Assembly (NCBI GenBank): GCA_028825265.1
Contig: JAPKAM010000004.1
Span: 333-64,332 of the forward strand
Direction: 5' to 3'
DNA: 64,000 nucleotides
Origin: Planctomycetota bacterium
GTDB taxonomy: Bacteria > Planctomycetota > UBA8108 > UBA1146
The notes below the pieces were generated by a model, which saw only the letters and a list, made by a program, of their open reading frames with translations, searched no databases and was not told the origin of the DNA. Of this stretch, positions 9,808 through 18,514 are shown piece by piece. A program made the position numbers and the translations under genes. Numbering within the stretch: position 1 is the stretch's first letter; the number at the start of each line of letters is the position of its first letter.

Positions 9808-10235
9808 GTGTCTGGATCGGAGTCGACCCTGGTGAGAAGAGAATCGGGATTTCTCGCGGAGATCCTCTCGGTGTGCTGGCGACTCCGCGAGCGGTGGTGG
9901 CCACTCGACAGGATCTGGTTCGCTGGATCGAGGCTGCGGATCAGGAGTTCGGCGTGATCGGCGTACTGATCGGCATGCCTCGCAACATGGACGGCTCCTT
10001 TGGTCCGATGGCGATTCGTTCCCTGCAACTGGTGCGGTGGCTGCGGGAGCAGGTCGACTTGGACTTCCAACTGTGGGATGAGCGTTTGACTTCTTCTCAG
10101 GCGGAGAAGGTCGGGACTCACTCCGGACTCGACCAGAAGGCGGCAGCGATCCTCTTACAATCGTTCCTCGACGCGGGGACCCCGTCTTTGCCCGATCCTC
10201 CAGGGTTGGTGGAGGCGGCCGAGCGGGCAAAATAG
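9804..10235 (+). CDS. ruvX: Holliday junction resolvase-like RNase (YqgF/RuvX)
   Basis: [28 protein letters not shown]...[25 protein letters not shown]; ATGA overlap with the upstream gene. Confidence 0.8.
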   Translation: MSVWIGVDPGEKRIGISRGDPLGVLATPRAVVATRQDLVRWIEAADQEFGVIGVLIGMPRNMDGSFGPMAIRSLQLVRWLREQVDLDFQLWDERLTSSQAEKVGTHSGLDQKAAAILLQSFLDAGTPSLPDPPGLVEAAERAK

Positions 10236-10414
10236 AGCCGTTTCTGCCAATTTTACCTCCCTGGGCCTTACATTGTCTTGCCCTTCCTGGGCCTCGCTGT
10301 AGCATCCACCACTGGTCTGGTTGGACCGAGCCGTTGCGGGAATCCGCTGGCTTAGGTCACAGGATTTTAGTTCATCGCAGACAGGGTTACATACAGACAG
10401 GGTTGCATCGGCAA

Positions 10415-10684
10415 ATGAGCATCACAGCAGAACGCAAGACCGCATTGATTGTTGAGTACCGTACTTCGGAAAACGACAAGGGATCTGTTCAGGTCCAGGT
10501 CGCGATCCTGACGGAGAGAATCCGGAATATTACGGATCATCTTCGTTCTCGGAAGAAAGATTACGCAAGTCAGCGTGGCCTGCTCATTCTGGTGGGAAAG
10601 CGTAAGCGTCTCCTCCAGTACCTGATGCGCAAGAATCGGCCCGAATACCGGCTCTTGATCGAATCCCTCGGATTGCGTCGTTAG
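10415..10684 (+). CDS. rpsO: 30S ribosomal protein S15
   Basis: [15 protein letters not shown]...[16 protein letters not shown], 89 aa. The ORF-track start at 10334 is an upstream extension. Confidence 0.9.
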   Translation: MSITAERKTALIVEYRTSENDKGSVQVQVAILTERIRNITDHLRSRKKDYASQRGLLILVGKRKRLLQYLMRKNRPEYRLLIESLGLRR

Positions 10685-10886
10685 TTCGACCGTTGCCGTG
10701 TAGTGGCTTTCGAGATCGAGTCGAGGATAGTCCTGCGGAGTGTCGTGTGGCCGCTGGCCACTGACCCGTACAGAGACTTCAATCCTCCCTTCCAGTAAGA
10801 ATATAAATCAGAAGTAATTAAAGTTAGTAAGAATAGTGGATGAGGGCGCAAGGGCGCCCAGGCAGCAAGGGCTGCCAGGAGGATGG

Positions 10887-13139
10887 ATGAAACATATTGT
10901 AAGCCGGGAAATTGGTGGCCGTACCATCAGTATCGAAACCGGAGAAATTGCAAAACAAGCGGCAGGCTCGACCATCGTTCGCTGCGGCGATTGCGCGGTT
11001 TTCTGCGCAGTCACCTGGGGTGAGCCCCGCTGGGGTGGAGACTTCTTCCCCCTGACCGTCGACTATCGTGAGAATAACTATGCCGCGGGCAAGATCCCCG
11101 GTGGGTTCTTCAAGCGAGAAGGTCGCCCGACGACCAAGGAAGTGCTGACTTCCAGATTGATTGACCGCCCGGTGCGTCCTCTGTTCCCCGATGGGTACAT
11201 GAAGGACGTGATGGTGACGGTGGCGGTTCTTTCCGCAGATCGTGAGAACGACCCTGATATCCTGGCAATGATCGCGGCCTCTTCGGCGCTCTCCATCTCA
11301 GAGTTGCCATTCCAGGGTCCCATCGGAGCGGTTCGTATTGGACGCGTGGATGGAAAACTGATCATCAACCCGACACACCAACAGCGTGATCAGGGTGATA
11401 TCGACCTGGTGGTTGCCGGAACCGAGAAAGCGATCGTGATGGTGGAAGCGGGAGCCAAGGAAGTGGCCGAAGCCGAGATGATCGATGCACTTGAAAAGGC
11501 CCATGACGTCTCCACCGAGGTGGTTTCGATGGTGAAGGAGTTTGCCAAACTCGCAGGCAAGCCAAAAATCGAGTTCAAGGCTCCTGAGGTGAACGAGGAA
11601 CTGAAGGCCAAGGTCTTCTCGATGGCCTATGACGACGTTCGCAAGGTGATTCACACCGATGGCAAGTTCGCACGATCGAACGCCATGAGTGCCGTTTGTG
11701 ATGGAGTCTTCGATCAACTTTGCCCGAAGGAGCAGCGGGAAGCCGACAACTGCGAAAATGATCCGAAAGAGGTCAAGAAGTTCCTCTCGGGCGTCAAGAA
11801 AAAGGTCGAACGCGACATCATCATCGAGGATCAGAAGAGATGTGATGGCCGTTCATTCACCGATATTCGCAACATCGATACCGAATTGGCACTGTTGCCG
11901 AGAACCCATGGTTCTGCACTGTTCACCCGTGGTGAGACACAGGCGATCGTCACTGCAACTCTGGGTACATCCTTCGACGAACAGCGTGTGGATGGATTGA
12001 TCGACGAGAAGAAAGATCACTTCATGCTGCACTACAACTTCCCGGGATACTGTGTCGGGGAGTCGTGGCCCAATCGTGGACCCAAACGCCGAGAGATCGG
12101 CCACGGGGCCCTGGCAGAGCGTTCCATCCGTCACATCCTTCCCGATCACGATGACTTCCCTTACACGATTCGTATCGTCAGTGATATCACGGAGTCCAAT
12201 GGATCCTCGTCGATGGCGAGCGTCTGTGGAGGAACCCTGGCACTAATGGATGCTGGAGTTCCACTCAAGCGACCTGTTGCAGGAATCGCCATGGGATTGA
12301 TCGAAGATGGTAGTGATCACTACATCCTCTCCGACATCCTCGGTAGTGAAGACCACAACGGAGACATGGATTTCAAGGTGGCCGGATCGCAGAACGGGAT
12401 CACCGCACTCCAGATGGATGTGAAGATTTCCGGACTTAGTCGCGAACTGATGGGCCGTGCTCTCGAGCAAGCTCGTGAGGGGCGTCTGCATATCCTCAGG
12501 GAGATGCTGAAAAAACTCGATCGTCCGAGAACCGAAGTTTCTCCGCTGGCACCCAAGATCATGCGCATCAACATCGATCCGGAAAAGATCGGTCTGGTGA
12601 TCGGGCCTGGCGGCAAGGTGATCAAGGGAATCCAGGAAGCGACCGGTGCGACGATTGAAATTGTCGATTCCGGAGTCATCACCATCTGGGGCAAAGATTT
12701 CGACAGTGCCAACGAGGCTCGTGAGCAGATCGAGATGATCACTCAAGACGTCGAGGTGGGACGTACCTACGATGGAAAGGTCGTCTCCATCAAGGATTTC
12801 GGCTGCTTTGTCGAGGTTCTACCGGGCCAGGAAGGCCTGGTTCACGTTTCTGAACTCTCCGGAGACTTTGTCGATGATGTTTCCTCCGTGGTGAAACGGG
12901 GAGATGCTCTCAGGGTCAAGGTCCTCGAATGTGATCCACAGGGTCGACTGCGACTCTCGCACAAGGCGGTTCTCATCGAAGAGGGCAAATTGGAAGAGAC
13001 CGTGGCTACTGGAGATTCAGGCCGTAGCGGAGGATCCGATCGTGGGAGTCGCGGCGGCGGTGGCGGCGACCGTGATCGTCGCGGCGGCGGCGGCGGCGGA
13101 GGCCGAGATGGCGGAGGCGACCGCGGAGGTCGTCGCTGA
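10887..13139 (+). CDS. pnp: Polyribonucleotide nucleotidyltransferase (PNPase) with C-terminal Gly/Arg-rich tail
   Basis: MKHIVSREIGGRTISIETGEIAKQAAGS, two RNase PH domains, KH and S1 domains; AGGAGG RBS. The tail is GDSGRSGGSDRGSRGGGGGDRDRRGGGGGGGRDGGGDRGGRR. Confidence 0.9.
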   Translation: MKHIVSREIGGRTISIETGEIAKQAAGSTIVRCGDCAVFCAVTWGEPRWGGDFFPLTVDYRENNYAAGKIPGGFFKREGRPTTKEVLTSRLIDRPVRPLFPDGYMKDVMVTVAVLSADRENDPDILAMIAASSALSISELPFQGPIGAVRIGRVDGKLIINPTHQQRDQGDIDLVVAGTEKAIVMVEAGAKEVAEAEMIDALEKAHDVSTEVVSMVKEFAKLAGKPKIEFKAPEVNEELKAKVFSMAYDDVRKVIHTDGKFARSNAMSAVCDGVFDQLCPKEQREADNCENDPKEVKKFLSGVKKKVERDIIIEDQKRCDGRSFTDIRNIDTELALLPRTHGSALFTRGETQAIVTATLGTSFDEQRVDGLIDEKKDHFMLHYNFPGYCVGESWPNRGPKRREIGHGALAERSIRHILPDHDDFPYTIRIVSDITESNGSSSMASVCGGTLALMDAGVPLKRPVAGIAMGLIEDGSDHYILSDILGSEDHNGDMDFKVAGSQNGITALQMDVKISGLSRELMGRALEQAREGRLHILREMLKKLDRPRTEVSPLAPKIMRINIDPEKIGLVIGPGGKVIKGIQEATGATIEIVDSGVITIWGKDFDSANEAREQIEMITQDVEVGRTYDGKVVSIKDFGCFVEVLPGQEGLVHVSELSGDFVDDVSSVVKRGDALRVKVLECDPQGRLRLSHKAVLIEEGKLEETVATGDSGRSGGSDRGSRGGGGGDRDRRGGGGGGGRDGGGDRGGRR

Positions 13140-13157
13140 TCAGCAACGTATTTCAAA

Positions 13158-13192
13158 GGGGGACGGTCCAGGTAGGATCGTCCCCCTTTTTT
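13158..13192 (+). terminator. Rho-independent terminator after pnp
   Basis: GGGGGACG ...13 nt... CGTCCCCC followed by TTTTTT. Confidence 0.6.
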
Positions 13193-13208
13193 CATGCTGG
13201 AGGTGTGA

Positions 13209-14729
13209 GTGGGCGCCTGGTTACTGCGAGGCGTGAAAAGATTCCCAGGTGATCCAGGGAATCGATACGATTTGCGAATTGATGATGGGGTGATCACGAA
13301 TTGGTGCAATGCCGGTCGGGGCGATTCCAACGATGCACAGGTTCGAGATCTCGATGATCATTGGATTCTGCCAGCCTTTGTCGATAGTCACCTTCACCTG
13401 TTGTATTCCCTCGAGCATGCTCGTCAGCTCGACCTTTCAAATCTGACACCAGAATCGATTCGATCGCTGCTGACGCCCAGTGATCGGGTCGGGGACGCGG
13501 CCACCCGGGTGGTCGGACATGGCTGGAAGGATCCGCTCGGCGAGCAACTCCGACCTGACCCACGTCGTTTTCTCGATTCAATTCTTCCCGACAGTGCGGT
13601 GTTCCTGTGGAACTCCGATCATCACCGAGCCTTGGTTTCATCCGTGGCGTTGGAGTCGGCAGGAATCGAACCCGTCGGCCATAGCGGCGTCGTGACGGAA
13701 CAGGATGCCGAAAGGGTATGGGCTTCGCTCGGTCCGCCACCACAACCGGATGCTGCTGCGGCATCTCGCTGGCTTCTCGAGCGTGGCATCACTGCAGCCA
13801 CGACCTTTGATCGAGGCGACTCCATCGAATGTCTTCGCCGAGAAAACTCCGAAGGCCAACTTGGCGTACGTCTGCGTCATGGATTGCCAGAGTGCCAGTT
13901 CCTCGAAATTCTCGAGAGCGGCGCGGGTTGTCACCCCGAGGGTGGTGAAGACAGTTCTTTCGCCATGCCATGGATCAAGATCTTCCTCGACGGAACCCTC
14001 GGATCGCGGACCGCTTGGATGAAATCTGAATATGACGATGATCCCAACAATTTCGGCGTCGTACGAAGGACTGCCGAGACTCTCGAAAAAACCGCACGGC
14101 TCGCTGCAGAGCATGGTTGGGCTCTTGCAATCCATGCCATCGGCGATGCCGCTGTGGCGGAAGCAAACCGCTGGATCCACTTCACACGAGAACTTCGAGG
14201 ATCTGATTTGCCCGATCGAATCGAGCATTTCCAGTGTTTTGACCCGGCCGACCTGGCGGCAATTCGGCAAGCCGGTTCCATCGCATCGATGCAACCGTGT
14301 CATCTGTTTCAGGATCGTAAAATCATCGAGAGTCGATGGGGTTCTCGTGCTGCCCATGCGTTGGCGATGAACTCCATCGATGAAGCCGGGATTCCCATCG
14401 TCATGGGATCGGACGCTCCTATCGAAAGTGCCGACCCTTGGCTGGATATCGATGCCGCTGTCCGCCGTCTCGATCGCGATGGCGAAGGAAATAGTTTCTA
14501 TCCTCAGCAACGTGTTTCGTTCGAGAAGGCGTTTGGTTGGAGAACCGCTGCTGCTGCATTCGCAAACATGCTGCCTTCCGGATGGGGGACACTCGAACCG
14601 GGGAGTGTTGCCGATCTTCAGATCATCGGCGCAGATGATCCTTCCCAGGTACGATGTGTGGCGGATGCGAAGTTGATCGACGTATTCAGTTTGGGACAGT
14701 GGCGCCTCGGGGATCGGGAGGACCGATGA
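13209..14729 (+). CDS. Amidohydrolase-3 family metal-dependent hydrolase (YtcJ-like)
   Basis: ILPAFVDSHLHL metal-binding motif, IHAIGDAAV, GSDAPIE C-terminal motif. Confidence 0.65.
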   Translation: MGAWLLRGVKRFPGDPGNRYDLRIDDGVITNWCNAGRGDSNDAQVRDLDDHWILPAFVDSHLHLLYSLEHARQLDLSNLTPESIRSLLTPSDRVGDAATRVVGHGWKDPLGEQLRPDPRRFLDSILPDSAVFLWNSDHHRALVSSVALESAGIEPVGHSGVVTEQDAERVWASLGPPPQPDAAAASRWLLERGITAATTFDRGDSIECLRRENSEGQLGVRLRHGLPECQFLEILESGAGCHPEGGEDSSFAMPWIKIFLDGTLGSRTAWMKSEYDDDPNNFGVVRRTAETLEKTARLAAEHGWALAIHAIGDAAVAEANRWIHFTRELRGSDLPDRIEHFQCFDPADLAAIRQAGSIASMQPCHLFQDRKIIESRWGSRAAHALAMNSIDEAGIPIVMGSDAPIESADPWLDIDAAVRRLDRDGEGNSFYPQQRVSFEKAFGWRTAAAAFANMLPSGWGTLEPGSVADLQIIGADDPSQVRCVADAKLIDVFSLGQWRLGDREDR

Positions 14730-15667
14730 GAGTGGATCTGCATGTCGATACGTTGTGGCGACTCGAGGAGAAGGGCGGAGGCCTGTACCCTCGACGAGAT
14801 GAACTTCATATCGATGCGCAACGCTGTCGTGAAGGTGCGGTTCGATTGCTCTGTACCGCAGTCTTCACGGAAGATCGGAACCCGGATCCGTGGGGGCATT
14901 GCAATCGCCTGCTCGATGTCCGTGATCGATTACATGAAAGCCGTGAGGAACCATTCCAGATGGTCACGGCTCCCTCCGAACTGGCCACCTTGCCCATCGA
15001 GATGACCGGCATGCTGGCCACCATCGAGAATGCATCCTGTCTCGAGGGAGATCTGTCGAGGATTGAGGAACTGCACCGAAGAGGGGTGAGAATTCTCGGG
15101 GTGACTTGGAACGGCGCGAATCAATTGGGCCAGGGTGTCCTTCAAGATGATCACGAGGGGTTAACTCCGTTCGGCATGGAGGCGATCCAACTGGCTACCG
15201 AATTAGGGTGGGCCATCGATGTTTCTCATCTGAATCGTGAGGGAGTCATCGACGTTTGCCAAACGGGAGCGACTGTTATGGCCACCCATTCCAATGTCCG
15301 GTCGATTCATGATCACCCCAGAAATTTATCGGACGAGTTGATTGAGATGATCGGGAGTCGTGGGGGAATGGTGGGGGTCAACCTGTACCCTCCCTTCCTC
15401 GGACCGAAGGACCATTCCATCACACTGGAAACCGTGACACAACACGTACTACACCTGCTGGAGATCCTCGGAGAGGATCGGGTAGGAGTGGGTACCGATC
15501 TGGACGGGATCGAGCAAACTCCGCAAGGGTTCCGCGATCATCGAGACCTGCCTTGCCTGGCCGATGCGCTCCAAAGCGGGGGGATCCCGCTGGCCACGGT
15601 CGATAAGATACTGGGGACTGGATTCATTGGTTGGTGGGAGTCCTGGAGCCAGAAAAGCCACTCATGA
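14726..15667 (+). CDS. Membrane dipeptidase (peptidase M19 family)
   Basis: MRVDLHVDTLWRL...ATHSNVRSIHDHPRNLSDE, typical M19. ATGA overlap with the upstream gene; the ORF track starts it earlier, at 14654. Confidence 0.7.
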   Translation: MRVDLHVDTLWRLEEKGGGLYPRRDELHIDAQRCREGAVRLLCTAVFTEDRNPDPWGHCNRLLDVRDRLHESREEPFQMVTAPSELATLPIEMTGMLATIENASCLEGDLSRIEELHRRGVRILGVTWNGANQLGQGVLQDDHEGLTPFGMEAIQLATELGWAIDVSHLNREGVIDVCQTGATVMATHSNVRSIHDHPRNLSDELIEMIGSRGGMVGVNLYPPFLGPKDHSITLETVTQHVLHLLEILGEDRVGVGTDLDGIEQTPQGFRDHRDLPCLADALQSGGIPLATVDKILGTGFIGWWESWSQKSHS

Positions 15668-16888
15668 GGCGTGACCTTGAGAGAGTCCGGGGCTTCCCGG
15701 TTCGGTGGATTGTCGAACTCGATCGATCAAGGCGTGCGCCCTCGTTTTAGTCATTGGAACCCAGCGAGAACGAGCGATTCTTGATTGAATCGAGTCCGTG
15801 CTATAAACGGCACTGGTGATATGCCTTCCGCTAGAGGTGAAGATGTGGATTCTTCCCTGTGGACCACGAAGGACGATGGTCGATTCCCTGCGGTCCTCGA
15901 ACAGGTCCGATTCGTCGCCATCGAGAAGGTCTGACAGCGCCGCAGAAGTGGGTCGATTGGGGTCTTCCGAGCGTTGCTGCGCATGTTTGGTTCGTCGATC
16001 ATTGCGCCGCCGTAACGTTTCCAACTGAGATCTTGATTCGATGAGCAGATCGACGATTCTTTGGCGTGAACTCTTTAATGAGGCTCGCTTGCCTTTCGAA
16101 GCATCGACCAGTAACTGCTCCTGGAAATGATGCAGTGAGGATCGAAGCGCGCCGATCCAACCCGACATGATCGAGCGCGAGTGGTCCGCGGTGATGGTGT
16201 CGATGTGATGGGGCGCAGGGACTGCACAGAGCAGGTTGAGTGAGTATCGAGGAACCACCCTTCCCACTCTCGATTCAAGAATCAGCGCAGTGATGCAAAG
16301 GGATTCGGATGCCTGACCAGGGATCGGAAAACCGCCCGCCAGTAACGCACCGACCGGTCGGGCGAAGAGAGAATCGTTGAGGTATTCCGGCAAGATTTCA
16401 CCGAGCAGTTCACCCTCACCCAGCCAGCAGACTGCCGGACCTGGATGTTCGCCATAGAGCAGGTCGATCTGGGGATCCCCGTTCTCGATGAAGAGGGATG
16501 CCAACTCTCTCCAGATCGGGATTCCTGTGGCGGACCACCCGACCAGAATGGAGCGAGAATCGGGTGGCTGCGAATGCTGGCAGACCGGTGCTTGGCACCA
16601 GTAACAAGGTGCATGGCCAGTACGATGCCCGAGAGATTCGGTTTCTCCCTGGATCCGAAGTGTTTCGACCTGTGCGAGGAGTGAGTCGGCGAATTGCACA
16701 GAATCGCGGTGATCATTCTCTTGTAGATGGATGGGAATCCGGAGCCGCAACTCGATGTGGTCTGGAAGGCCAGCGAGTGAGTCGCCGTCAGTCCCATTCA
16801 GGAGAGCCTTCACCACTCCTCGGATCCTTCGGTGAATCGCTTCCGCGGCTCGGGATCTGGGTTTTCTGTGTGGGCCTTGTGGTTCCAT
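15662..16888 (-). CDS. Hypothetical Cys-containing protein, the only opposite-strand gene in this block
   Basis: 408-aa ORF with no recognisable motif (CYWCQAPVCQHSQ). Confidence 0.35.
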   Translation of the reverse strand: MEPQGPHRKPRSRAAEAIHRRIRGVVKALLNGTDGDSLAGLPDHIELRLRIPIHLQENDHRDSVQFADSLLAQVETLRIQGETESLGHRTGHAPCYWCQAPVCQHSQPPDSRSILVGWSATGIPIWRELASLFIENGDPQIDLLYGEHPGPAVCWLGEGELLGEILPEYLNDSLFARPVGALLAGGFPIPGQASESLCITALILESRVGRVVPRYSLNLLCAVPAPHHIDTITADHSRSIMSGWIGALRSSLHHFQEQLLVDASKGKRASLKSSRQRIVDLLIESRSQLETLRRRNDRRTKHAQQRSEDPNRPTSAALSDLLDGDESDLFEDRRESTIVLRGPQGRIHIFTSSGRHITSAVYSTDSIQSRIARSRWVPMTKTRAHALIDRVRQSTEPGSPGLSQGHAS

Positions 16889-16999
16889 GATGTTTCTCCT
16901 ACTCGATCCTAGTCGCTGATCAACGGCTAGTCAGCCTTGTGATCTCCCTCTTCCGGGTCTAGTCTTGCGGAGGATCAGTAGGCATCAGGAGGTATCTGG

Positions 17000-18472
17000 A
17001 TGAGAAAACCGAAAAATCATTCTGTTGACGATTTCCGACCGGTTCTCGCACTACTGGTCGGACTTCTTCTGGCCTTCATCGCACCTTCGCTACTGGCGGG
17101 GTCAGACCTGGTCGATTCGATCATGGCGGAAGCCAAGAAACTAGGATTGAAGGAAACTGAAATTTCTTTCTCGATACGAATCCCTGCTGGAGAGGTGCTC
17201 GAGCACCGTGGATCCCAGCTTCGGGCACCGGCGTCGTGCATGAAGTTGGTGGTGGCTGCAGCGACACTGGATCGGCTCGGACCCGATCATTTACTGCAGA
17301 CTGAATTGATGCATCTCGGGGAGATCCAGGACGGGGTACTTCAGGGAGATCTTCTGGTGATCGGTGGTGGAGATCCAGCCATCTGTGGCCGAGAAAACAA
17401 GGACGATCTGTTGTGGGAATTGCGCCCGTGGATCTCTCGCCTGAAGGAACTGGGCATCCGGCGAATCGACGGTCGTGTCCTCGCCGATGTTCGCTACCTA
17501 TCGGGTCCAGGGATTCACCCCGATTGGCCCGTTGAACAGTTAACCCGCTGGTACTGTGCTCCCTCGGGAGCGTTGAACCTCAATGATAACTGCATCGATG
17601 TCGTCATCGGTCCGGTGGTCGAGGGTCTGGTTTCGGTTCAACTCAAACCGGAGCATTCACTTCTTTCCCTTCGCAATCGGTTGATCCCGACCCGCAATAA
17701 AAAGGATCACCTCTATCGAATTGATCGGAAAGAGAAGGGCTGGGAGGTGACCGTTTCGGGGAAATTCCTGGCCACCTCCGGTGCCAGGACGGAATGGATC
17801 ACGGTTCCAGATCCAGCGGATGGATTTGCCAGCATCCTGCTGAAGATGATCGAGGATTCAGGGATTGAGGTGTTGGGAAAGACGCTCGCTCCTGCAGCGA
17901 AAGCCATTTCGGTGGCCAGAATTCACCACTCACTTTCATCCCGGTTACCGGTGATGCTCAAGCAGAGTCAGAATCTATACGCAGATGCATTGGCACGAGT
18001 GCTCGGACGAGAGAGCGGTGGAGATGGGTCCTTTGAGTCGGCGTCCTCGGCGCTGAAATCATGGATCGTGAAAAACCTATCGGTTCACGAAGGCGTGGTG
18101 ATTCGCGATGGATCGGGTCTCTCGCAACGCAATCGTCTCGACACTCGGCTACTGAGGGAACTGATGGAAAAGGCACTGGTGAGTCGCTGGGGTGGGGTAC
18201 TGCTCGACGGTCTACCGGTCGGTGCGATCGACGGGACGCTGGCCAAACGATTCCGATCATCGCCGCTGGCGGGAAAGGTGCGAGCCAAGACCGGCACCAT
18301 CCGGGGTGTCAGTTCGCTAACAGGGGTGCTGGAGACGAAGGAGACATCGGTCCCCTTCAGTTTGATCTATCAGGGTCGCCATGGCTTCACCTCTCGCGCT
18401 CGTGATTGGCAGGATAAATCACTGTATTTGCTCCATAAGGCATTTGGAGCCGACCTGAAGCCCTCTGGGTGA
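17000..18472 (+). CDS. dacB: D-alanyl-D-alanine carboxypeptidase/endopeptidase (PBP4, peptidase S13)
   Basis: Signal peptide, SxxK motif (ASCMK), S13-like length and SGLS motif. Confidence 0.75.
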   Translation: MRKPKNHSVDDFRPVLALLVGLLLAFIAPSLLAGSDLVDSIMAEAKKLGLKETEISFSIRIPAGEVLEHRGSQLRAPASCMKLVVAAATLDRLGPDHLLQTELMHLGEIQDGVLQGDLLVIGGGDPAICGRENKDDLLWELRPWISRLKELGIRRIDGRVLADVRYLSGPGIHPDWPVEQLTRWYCAPSGALNLNDNCIDVVIGPVVEGLVSVQLKPEHSLLSLRNRLIPTRNKKDHLYRIDRKEKGWEVTVSGKFLATSGARTEWITVPDPADGFASILLKMIEDSGIEVLGKTLAPAAKAISVARIHHSLSSRLPVMLKQSQNLYADALARVLGRESGGDGSFESASSALKSWIVKNLSVHEGVVIRDGSGLSQRNRLDTRLLRELMEKALVSRWGGVLLDGLPVGAIDGTLAKRFRSSPLAGKVRAKTGTIRGVSSLTGVLETKETSVPFSLIYQGRHGFTSRARDWQDKSLYLLHKAFGADLKPSG

Positions 18473-18514
18473 TCTGCACCCCCCTGTAAAATCCTCTTTA
18501 CATCTGGATTCTCC

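Noticed and set aside
12842-13330. ORFs 12842..13330 (-) and 12904..13236 (+) with poly-Pro/Arg and poly-Ala translations
   Set aside because: They are artefacts of the GGC/GAC-rich repeat tract encoding the PNPase RGG tail and its terminator region.
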